This document shows positions 57,796-64,000 of a DNA stretch of 64,000 nt, piece after piece. The stretch spans positions 59,623 through 123,622 of the forward strand of contig CAZRWP010000001.1 in assembly GCA_964603945.1 (NCBI GenBank). Direction: 5' to 3'. Position 1 is the stretch's first letter. Every line of letters starts with the position of its first letter. This stretch comes from an uncultured Pseudomonadales bacterium (GTDB lineage Bacteria > Patescibacteriota > Microgenomatia > UBA1400 > UBA1396). Position numbers and translations under genes: made by a program. The notes under the pieces were generated by a model. The model saw nothing but the letters and a program-made list of their open reading frames with translations, did not search any database and was not told the origin of the DNA.

Positions 57796-57917
57796 AGAAG
57801 GATCACTGCTAAGAAGGATCATCGCCAAGAAGGATCATCCTTGCCCCTCCTCTTGCCTGGAAGGATCATCCTAGGATGATCCTTCTTGAGGAAACCAAGG
57901 GCAAGGATGATCCTTTA
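57796..57917. repeat. Nested-palindrome intergenic repeat element, copy 2 (forward orientation)
   Basis: Same architecture as 11604..11716 (GAAGGATCATCC x4 around CCTAGG-centred palindrome, TTGCCC/GGGCAA inner inverted repeat); preceded by degenerate AAGAAGGATCATC tandem; ~35 bp upstream of Lon-like ORF start. Confidence 0.8.
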
Positions 57918-57980
57918 GTATAATGAAAAAATGAAAGACCCAAACAATGAAAACACTAAAAAAATCCGGTTGGCCGTTTT

Positions 57981-58397
57981 ATGGTCGCCGTGGGAGCAAT
58001 AGTCCAATTAAAGGGAACTAATAAAATTTTACTGATCAAACGAAATGAAAATGAGGACTGGCAACCTGGCGAATGGGAAATTCCTTATGGTCGGATCGAC
58101 CAGTTTGAGGACTTGAGCACCGGACTTAGGCGAGAGGTTAAAGAAGAAACTGGCCTCACAAACCTGAAAATTGGAAATATTCTTACCAATTGGCATATTT
58201 TTAGAGGTCAAAAATCAGCTCATAACGAAATTATTGGCTTAACCTTTGTCTGCGAGACTTCCCATGAAAAAATTAAACTCTCTTTTGAGCATTGCGAGTA
58301 TCAATGGTGTGAACCAGAAGAAGCGATTAAATTAATTTCCACTGAGGGTATTAAGCGCGATGTCTTGGCTTTCATTGATCAGATTTCAAAATTTTAG
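57981..58397 (+). CDS. NUDIX hydrolase
   Basis: Nudix box 'GRIDQFEDLSTGLRREVKEETGL' (GX5EX7REUXEEXGU). Confidence 0.75.
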   Translation: MVAVGAIVQLKGTNKILLIKRNENEDWQPGEWEIPYGRIDQFEDLSTGLRREVKEETGLTNLKIGNILTNWHIFRGQKSAHNEIIGLTFVCETSHEKIKLSFEHCEYQWCEPEEAIKLISTEGIKRDVLAFIDQISKF

Positions 58398-58441
58398 TCC
58401 AAATTATAATCAAATTGCTAGTTTCACCAAAGAATAAACAC

Positions 58442-58490
58442 GATGAGCTGTTAGTCAGCCTGACTGATTAACAGCTCATCAATTTTTGTG
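58442..58490. terminator. Bidirectional terminator between NUDIX gene (+) and pnp (-)
   Basis: 12-bp perfect stem GATGAGCTGTTA...TAACAGCTCATC with inner GTCA/TGAC stem, followed by AATTTTTGTG on plus and T-rich on minus. Confidence 0.55.
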
Positions 58491-58548
58491 TTAAGTTTTT
58501 TGACAGATTACCAGATTAGTTGCCTAATAGCTTAAGGTTATTTAAGCC

Positions 58549-60858
58549 TTAACTGCGTCCGCCACCGTAGCTACCGCCGCGTCCGCCGCGGTCGCTTCGA
58601 CCACCGCTTCGACGATCTCCACCACGGCCGCCACGATCTCCGCCATAGCCACCTCGACCGCCGCGGTCGCTTCGACCACTGCCGTCATCTTGGCGTCCGC
58701 CACTGCGACCACCACTGCTATCGCCGCGGTCTCCACCGCCTTGCTGGCGGCGTTCTTGGCGTTCAGCCTCAGCTTGCTCACGTTCTTCTTTGGAAAGCAT
58801 GGTCAGGCGAACTCGGTCGCCATCAACTTCCAAAACCTCAACGTGAACGACATCATCCAGATTAACCACTTCATGTGGATCACGGACATAACCGGTTGCC
58901 ATCTGAGAAACGTGAACCAAGCCATCGCGGCCTGGCACCATTTCCACAAAGGCACCGTATTCCTCAATCCGGGTAACTTTACCATCAAATTCCATGCCTG
59001 GTTCAAAGGTCATCATCATGTTACGGATGGCGTGAACAGCGCGATCAATGTCTTCCTGGATTGGTGAAGCCACCGTGACTCGGCCATCTTCATCAACCGA
59101 GATCTCTGTCTTGGTTGATTCCTGCAAACTTCGGATGTTTTTGCCTCCGGGACCGATCAGCTCGCCGATCTGGCTAACCAGAATCTGTACAGCTTCAATC
59201 TTGGGGGCATTAGCGGCCAATTCCTTACGGGGCTCAGGCAGACATTCGAGCATCTTGCCTAAAATGTGCAAGCGGCCGATTCTAGCCTGTTCTAAGGCCT
59301 CAGTCATCACTTCCATTGGGATGCCATCAATCTTGATATCCATCTGAATAGCGGTTATGCCTTCATCTGTTCCGGCAACCTTAAAGTCCATATCACCGAT
59401 ATGATCTTCCAGTCCCTGAATGTCAGAGAGCACGACGTACTCATTGGTGTCATCATTGCGCATTAAGCCCATGGCGATTCCCGCCACCGGCTTGCGGATT
59501 GGCACACCGGCCGCCATCAGTGACAGCGTACTGCCACAGACAGAAGCCTGGGAGGTAGAACCGTTAGAACTCATGACTTCTGACACCACATGAATGGTAT
59601 AAGGGAATTCTTCCTGAGACGGGATAACCGGGAGCAAAGCTCGTTCGGCTAGGGCGCCATGGCCGATTTCGCGGCGCTTGGGCCAACCAACACGGCCGGT
59701 TTCACCAGAGGCAAAGGGAGGCATGTTGTAGTGGTGAATGTAACGCTTCTCCTCTTCACCTTCCATGTCTTCAATTAGTTGAGCAAAGGCGGGAGAAGCC
59801 AAAGTTGTAATCGTTAAGACCTGAGTTGCACCGCGTTTGAACATGGCTGAGCCATGTGCAGTCGGCAGTAAATCAACTTCACAGGTAATCTCGCGGATTT
59901 GATCAGTTTGGCGTTCATCTGGACGAATTCGCTCTTCAAAGGTACGGCGGCGAGCTTCCCTCTTCATTAGTAAGCTGAAAATCTCTCCAAGCGGAGCCTC
60001 TTCCAAAGCCTCGTCCTCGGCAATCAGTTTTTCCTTGAGTTTAGCGATGGTGTCATCTTGAGGCTGAAGCAAAGCTTTAGCTTTAACGGCTTGCGCAATT
60101 TCTGACTGATGATTCTTCCAAATCTTCTCAATTAATTCTTCATCCAGTTGAGGGGCCTCAAAGACTGATTTCTCTTTGCCGATGGCTGATTTCATCTCTT
60201 TTAAGACCGAGTTTATGCCCTTGATTTGTTCATGAGCCGCTTCCAGGGCTTTCACCATTTGGGCTTCACTTACCTCAAGCGCACCAGCCTCAACCATAAC
60301 AATGGCTTTATCCGTACCAGCGACAATCAAGTCGAGGGCAGAATCAGTCAATTCTTCATAGGTCGGGTTGTAGGTGAATTTGTCTTCTTTGGGCAAATAA
60401 CCTACGCGCAGACCACTGATTGGTCCGTTGAAGGGAATTGAAGAAATTTCCAGCGCGGCCGTGGTGGCAACTAAGGCCAGCATGTCCGGGTTGTTAACGC
60501 TATCAACCGATAAAACAGTGGCGATAACCTGAACTTCTCGCTTATAACCGTCTGGGAACATCGGACGAATACTTCGGTCAATGACGCGGGCGCTCAGAAT
60601 GGCTTCATCCGAAGGGCGGCCTTCACGCTTGACCCAGCGACTGCCTTTAATTTTGCCGCCAGCGTACAGTTTTTCAATGTACTCGACTTGCAGGGGGAAC
60701 CAACCTAAATTGGATTCACCGCCAAGAGCCACCGTGGCGTGGACAACAGTCCCGCCACATTTGGCTAACACGGCTGCTTCTGCTTGTTGGCTAAAGCGGC
60801 CGACTTCTAGGAGAATTTCTTTTTCTCCAATAGGAATGGAAAATTGTTTTACTTCCAT
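58549..60858 (-). CDS. pnp: Polyribonucleotide nucleotidyltransferase (PNPase) with ~70-aa C-terminal RGG/RG-rich tail
   Basis: Two RNase PH domains, KH and S1 domains; C-terminus 'GGGDRGDSSGGRSGGRQDDGSGRSDRGGRGGYGGDRGGRGGDRRSGGRSDRGGRGGSYGGGRS' encoded by imperfect DNA repeats (58552-58760). Confidence 0.9.
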   Translation of the reverse strand: MEVKQFSIPIGEKEILLEVGRFSQQAEAAVLAKCGGTVVHATVALGGESNLGWFPLQVEYIEKLYAGGKIKGSRWVKREGRPSDEAILSARVIDRSIRPMFPDGYKREVQVIATVLSVDSVNNPDMLALVATTAALEISSIPFNGPISGLRVGYLPKEDKFTYNPTYEELTDSALDLIVAGTDKAIVMVEAGALEVSEAQMVKALEAAHEQIKGINSVLKEMKSAIGKEKSVFEAPQLDEELIEKIWKNHQSEIAQAVKAKALLQPQDDTIAKLKEKLIAEDEALEEAPLGEIFSLLMKREARRRTFEERIRPDERQTDQIREITCEVDLLPTAHGSAMFKRGATQVLTITTLASPAFAQLIEDMEGEEEKRYIHHYNMPPFASGETGRVGWPKRREIGHGALAERALLPVIPSQEEFPYTIHVVSEVMSSNGSTSQASVCGSTLSLMAAGVPIRKPVAGIAMGLMRNDDTNEYVVLSDIQGLEDHIGDMDFKVAGTDEGITAIQMDIKIDGIPMEVMTEALEQARIGRLHILGKMLECLPEPRKELAANAPKIEAVQILVSQIGELIGPGGKNIRSLQESTKTEISVDEDGRVTVASPIQEDIDRAVHAIRNMMMTFEPGMEFDGKVTRIEEYGAFVEMVPGRDGLVHVSQMATGYVRDPHEVVNLDDVVHVEVLEVDGDRVRLTMLSKEEREQAEAERQERRQQGGGDRGDSSGGRSGGRQDDGSGRSDRGGRGGYGGDRGGRGGDRRSGGRSDRGGRGGSYGGGRS

Positions 60859-60884
60859 AACTTCCTTTCTGGTAGCCCGATGCG

Positions 60885-60947
60885 GAAGTTTTCAGAGTTC
60901 CTCACCTGGACAAACGTCTGGATGAGCTGAGGAGATCTGAAAACTTC
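60885..60947 (-). promoter_or_regulatory. Long stem-loop in rpsO-pnp intergenic leader (candidate RNase III processing/autoregulatory hairpin)
   Basis: Outer 12-bp perfect inverted repeat GAAGTTTTCAGA / TCTGAAAACTTC extended by ~7 further pairs; located 26 nt upstream of pnp start, analogous in position to E. coli pnp leader hairpin. Confidence 0.4.
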
Positions 60948-61003
60948 ACCGACGCTTCTGTCAGGCTACTCGTTTTTAATATTTTTTGTGTGTATTACTG
61001 AGT

Positions 61004-61273
61004 TTACTTACTTAAACCTAAACGCTCAATGAGGGACTTATAACGAGCCTCATCTTTGCGGGCTAAGAAGTTAAGCAGACGGCGGCGCTTGGCGACCATC
61101 TTCAACAGTCCCTTACGGGAATTGCGATCTTTCTTGTGCTTGGACAGATGTCCAGTGAGATCTTCAATCTGCTTGGTTAACAAAGCCACCTGCACTTCAG
61201 GAGAACCAGTATCACCAGCCTGAGTCTTGTATTTATCAATAATTTCTTGCTTGATCTGCGGATCTAAAGCCAT
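61004..61273 (-). CDS. rpsO: 30S ribosomal protein S15
   Basis: Start MALDPQIK preceded by AGGAGG SD; '[61 protein letters not shown]' S15 signature; upstream of pnp as in canonical operon. Confidence 0.85.
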   Translation of the reverse strand: MALDPQIKQEIIDKYKTQAGDTGSPEVQVALLTKQIEDLTGHLSKHKKDRNSRKGLLKMVAKRRRLLNFLARKDEARYKSLIERLGLSK

Positions 61274-61449
61274 AATTCCTCCTTTTGTCACCCCGCCTCC
61301 GCAGGCCGAGTGGAAAAGTATTTTTGTTTTTTATATCGAGGGCAATTATAGCATGGAATTGGGGAATTCAACGGTGAAAGGCCTAGCAAGAACAATTTTT
61401 CTAATGTGGAGCTAAACCTCTGTCCAATTACTTTAATACTACTAATTAT

Positions 61450-62460
61450 TTAACCTAAATGCCTTTTTAGGAAATTAACAACATATTGCCTAAGTTGAAA
61501 ACCGAGGTCTTGACCAGTTGTTAAATATACCTTTAAATTATCAACTTGCTCAGCTGTTAATCGGTTTTGTTTTAATTCCTCATACAACTCAGTTATTATT
61601 TCTGCTTGTTCAATACCAGTCATTTCTTTTTTAGCCGCTGAAACTCTTGCATGGCCTAAATTTCTTAAATCAGAAATAAGCTCTTCAATTGTTGGCTGAT
61701 AATCAGGCTGTCTAAACCTAGCAAGCTTATCTCTGACGTTTTTCTGTGACTCCAGTAGTATTAATAAATGTTTTCGGGCTTTCTGAAGATTGCCTAATAT
61801 TTCTTGTAATTCTGAATGTATCTTTTCTTTAAGTTCAGATCTTATCAATTTGTTTGACTCAGAAAATAATGGCTTAAATTGAATATAAAATCGAAAGGCT
61901 GATTCCTTAAATGCTTTTTGCACTTCACTTTCATCAGCACCTGGCTTGATACCCAAGATTCTGTATGGAGTTACTTTAGATGGCTGATTATTGCCAAGCC
62001 TGTAAACTCTCCAAACTTCTAACTCTTCTTCCATAATATCAAGCAAGCTTGATATTTCATTTTCTGTAAGAGTCTTCTTAACTTTGTCTTTATTCAGACG
62101 GCTAATCAATTTCACCCTGGCGATGTTTAGATTTTTTTGTATTTCACCAACTTCATTTAATAATTCAATAGAAACTTTTCGATTTTGATCAAAATTAAAA
62201 ATTTTTGCCAGCTGCCGATGGGCATATATAATCTCATCCTCTCTCGCATCTGCTTGAACATTTAGCACCACTTCTGGCTCTACCTCTGACCAGTTTATTT
62301 TCTCATCAAGTTCTAATCCTGATTCCCGCCTTATTCTGGCTTTGTATTCGTTCAACCGATGTATGAGATCATATTCAGTTTGCGCCCATCTTTCTTGATC
62401 GTCATCTCGTTTTGGTCTAATAGGCCTGGTTGAACCCTCGTTGTTACCTCTATGTTTCAT
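61450..62460 (-). CDS. hypothetical protein encoded in low-GC segment adjacent to tRNA-Met
   Basis: 336-aa helical/charged protein, no clear domain (weak J-domain-like 'YRILGIKPGADESEVQKAFK' without HPD); local AT content visibly higher than flanks. Confidence 0.45.
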   Translation of the reverse strand: MKHRGNNEGSTRPIRPKRDDDQERWAQTEYDLIHRLNEYKARIRRESGLELDEKINWSEVEPEVVLNVQADAREDEIIYAHRQLAKIFNFDQNRKVSIELLNEVGEIQKNLNIARVKLISRLNKDKVKKTLTENEISSLLDIMEEELEVWRVYRLGNNQPSKVTPYRILGIKPGADESEVQKAFKESAFRFYIQFKPLFSESNKLIRSELKEKIHSELQEILGNLQKARKHLLILLESQKNVRDKLARFRQPDYQPTIEELISDLRNLGHARVSAAKKEMTGIEQAEIITELYEELKQNRLTAEQVDNLKVYLTTGQDLGFQLRQYVVNFLKRHLG

Positions 62461-62551
62461 GTCCGTAATTATATAAGAGGATGAATGAAAGGGTTGAGCA
62501 ATCTGATCAGGTACAATATGAAGTTGGTGTTTTATAATACCTAAAGCCCGA

Positions 62552-62625
62552 GCCAGGGTAGCTCAGTTGGTTAGAGCATCGGATTCATAAACCGAAGGTC
62601 GTGGGTTCAACTCCCACCCCTGGTA
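62552..62625 (+). tRNA. tRNA with CAU anticodon (Met; elongator-type or Ile2 cannot be distinguished)
   Basis: Acceptor GCCAGGG/CCCTGGT (G1-U72 wobble), D-arm GCTC-AGTTGGTTA-GAGC, anticodon loop TTCATAA (CAU), T-arm GTGGG-TTCAACT-CCCAC; no GGG/CCC initiator anticodon-stem signature; CCA not encoded. Confidence 0.75.
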
Positions 62626-62692
62626 CAAAATATATCCTTGTCTCCTCGACGAAGGCTAAAGCCTTAAGTCTCGTCGACAAATATATATTTTG
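62626..62692 (+). terminator. Compound palindrome / probable terminator immediately 3' of tRNA-Met
   Basis: CAAAATATAT...ATATATTTTG outer inverted repeat enclosing TCGACGA-(AGGCT-AAA-AGCCT)-...-TCGTCGA nested hairpin, followed by T-rich tract. Confidence 0.4.
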
Positions 62693-62796
62693 TTTATATT
62701 TTCCAGAGACTAAATAGCACTTACTCGTAAAAATTATATTTATTTTGCGCCATGGGCAACTTTAGAGGGACCCACAAGCAAAAAAATATAATTTTT

Positions 62797-63222
62797 TTAC
62801 ATCGACATGGCGGCTAGATCGGCCACATATTCCTCAACTAAGGGGCTCTCTTTTGGCTCAGCTCTTAAAGAGAAGATGCGGTTGCCGTCTTCATCATAGG
62901 AAATTTCAAAATAAACGTCAGAAGCCAGTCTTACCTGAACTGGTTCTTCATAATCGTTTTGGTTCAACTTATTCATAATTGCCTCTCCAGCCTGCGGCTC
63001 TATTCTTAATAACGGCGATAATAATCTTGCACCTTCAATCAATCGACCAATAATTCGCAAATGCCAGCGACTCTGATCATTAAGTGGCAGAAGTGCGCCG
63101 GTGCTTTCATCATCGGCTTGATCCCTTAATCTCAGTACGGCTTTGCCGGCCAAAGTCACTCCCCGTCTAGCTAATTTATCAGGGAAAGATCTTCTTTCTT
63201 GTACCGGTGCTAACTGATTCAT
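62797..63222 (-). CDS. hypothetical protein
   Basis: 141-aa ORF with normal GC and coding periodicity; no recognisable domain. Confidence 0.4.
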   Translation of the reverse strand: MNQLAPVQERRSFPDKLARRGVTLAGKAVLRLRDQADDESTGALLPLNDQSRWHLRIIGRLIEGARLLSPLLRIEPQAGEAIMNKLNQNDYEEPVQVRLASDVYFEISYDEDGNRIFSLRAEPKESPLVEEYVADLAAMSM

Positions 63223-63319
63223 CGGTCCTCCTCCCTGTTCTTTTAAAGGTATTACACCTACGACATGAAAGAAGGCGGTAAGGGAGCAGTAATGGCTGAG
63301 TAGGGAGATTTGTGTTGGT

Positions 63320-63413
63320 GAAGAAGGATCATCCTTGCCTTTAATTTACTCAAGAAGGATCATCCTAGGATGATCCTTCCAGGCAAGAGACGGGGCAAGG
63401 ATGATCCTTCTTC
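63320..63413. repeat. Nested-palindrome intergenic repeat element, copy 3 (inverted orientation)
   Basis: Reverse-complement arrangement of copies 1/2: GAAGGATCATCC-TTGCC..spacer..AAGAAGGATCATCCTAGGATGATCCTTCC..spacer..GGGGCAAGGATGATCCTTCTTC. Confidence 0.75.
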
Positions 63414-63431
63414 ATTCCTTCTCCACGCCCA

Positions 63432-63468
63432 GCAAAAAGCCCGATGGCTGTGAGGCCACCGGGCTTAA
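63432..63468 (-). terminator. Rho-independent terminator of hup
   Basis: On minus strand: AAGCCCGGTGGCCTCACAGCCATCGGGCTT hairpin (9-bp stem, one mismatch) followed by TTTTTG. Confidence 0.55.
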
Positions 63469-63505
63469 TTTTCACAAGATTTAAACTTAATCTTGAAAGT
63501 TGAAT

Positions 63506-63793
63506 TTACTTGCGTTTGCCGGCAATAGCTTCCTTGAGAGGCTTACCAGCCTTAAAGTTGACAACGCGGTGACTCTTAATGATACGAGTCAGTTCTTCAC
63601 GGCCAAAAGGCACCACTTTTTTATCTGCCACCTGGCGGACGTCAAAGGTACCGAAACCGGACCAAAGAACCTTCTGCCCCTTACCGAGTGAGCGATTGGT
63701 TTCCTCTAAGAAAACGTCGATCGCTTCCTGGGCGGCCTTTTGAGTAAGGTTTGCTCGTTTAGCTACTATAGCGACGAGTTGTGACTTGTTCAT
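63506..63793 (-). CDS. hup: DNA-binding protein HU
   Basis: Start MNKSQLV preceded by AGGAG SD; 'NKSQLVAIVAKRANLTQKAAQEAIDVFLE..GFGTFDVRQ..V.NFKAGK.LKEAI' HU/IHF fold signature. Confidence 0.8.
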   Translation of the reverse strand: MNKSQLVAIVAKRANLTQKAAQEAIDVFLEETNRSLGKGQKVLWSGFGTFDVRQVADKKVVPFGREELTRIIKSHRVVNFKAGKPLKEAIAGKRK

Positions 63794-63851
63794 AAAGTGA
63801 ACTCCTTCTACTTTTTTCCTTTTTTTCACTGTCGTGAGTGACCTATTGTAC

Positions 63852-64000
63852 CTTATGATGCTTTGGCTGAAGCACGCAATTCTCGGATTACATTAACCGT
63901 AACCGCTCCCGGATACTGCATATCGTCCTGGATCTTCTGAGCCACCTTTTGGGCGACTACCTGCAGGTCTCGATCTGTAGTCTTGTCTGGATTGAGGATA
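63852..64000 (-). CDS. rny: Ribonuclease Y, C-terminal end only (gene continues beyond window)
   Basis: Minus-strand frame reads '..DLQVVAQKVAQKIQDDMQYPGAVTVNVIRELRASAKAS*' matching the conserved RNase Y C-terminus 'YPGQIKVTVIRETRAV'. Confidence 0.55.

Noticed and set aside
58542-59067. Alternative-frame ORFs inside pnp (58542..58781 minus, 58690..59067 plus, 58803..59006 minus)
   Set aside because: They lie entirely within the strongly supported PNPase CDS. Their Ala/Val-rich translations are the out-of-frame reading of the GC-rich RGG-tail repeats.
62552-62625. Calling the CAU tRNA an initiator tRNA-fMet
   Set aside because: It lacks the three consecutive G-C pairs (29-31/39-41) in the anticodon stem. 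The 1-72 pair is a G-U wobble rather than the C-A mismatch typical of bacterial initiators.
1-64000. CRISPR array / cas operon
   Set aside because: No run of regularly spaced identical direct repeats is visible. The only repeat family (GAAGGATCATCC elements) is a dispersed palindromic element, not a spacer-containing array. The Cas4-like gene has no cas neighbours.

Overview
This 64 kb chromosomal window is about 45% GC and densely coded. Its content (many glycosyltransferases, an alpha2-type GlyRS, several proteins with K/R-rich tails, sparse biosynthetic genes) is compatible with a small-genome CPR/Patescibacteria-like bacterium. That placement is inference only.

**Housekeeping genes.** These include miaB (truncated at the 5' end by the window edge), miaA, a divergent lexA/uvrB pair, rpmG with tRNA-Thr, glyQS, recO, glgP, xseAB, greA, rnj, a family-4 UDG, the rpsO-pnp operon, hup and the 3' end of rny. 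There are also tRNA-Ser and tRNA-Met genes.

**Cell-envelope glycan locus (~16.1-31.2 kb).** A leftward operon carries a sugar-phosphate transferase, a ManC-like nucleotidyltransferase, three GT4 and two GT2 enzymes, a PMT_2/GT-C transferase and an O-antigen-ligase-like membrane protein. A rightward DUF167-rmlB-rmlC-rmlD-CAP-domain operon abuts it, with the two first-gene start codons back to back (CATATG). A two-gene RND efflux pump (adaptor plus permease) is also present.

**Most unusual observations.**
- A ~95-115 bp nested-palindrome repeat built from the 12-mer GAAGGATCATCC occurs in three intergenic copies (11.6, 57.8 and 63.3 kb).
- An intact Lon-homologous ORF retains only the central helix and AAA+ module. 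It is bounded 5' by repeat copy 2 and 3' by a low-GC HNH-nuclease gene that sits where the Lon protease domain should be.
- An IMPDH/GuaB3-like gene is split across 3-4 reading frames; one shift falls at a G5 run.
- PNPase carries a roughly 70-aa C-terminal RGG/RG-rich tail encoded by imperfect DNA repeats.
- A standalone Cas4-like PD-(D/E)xK/Fe-S nuclease is present.
- A secreted protein has a C-terminal glutaredoxin-like module.

No CRISPR array or rRNA gene is present.
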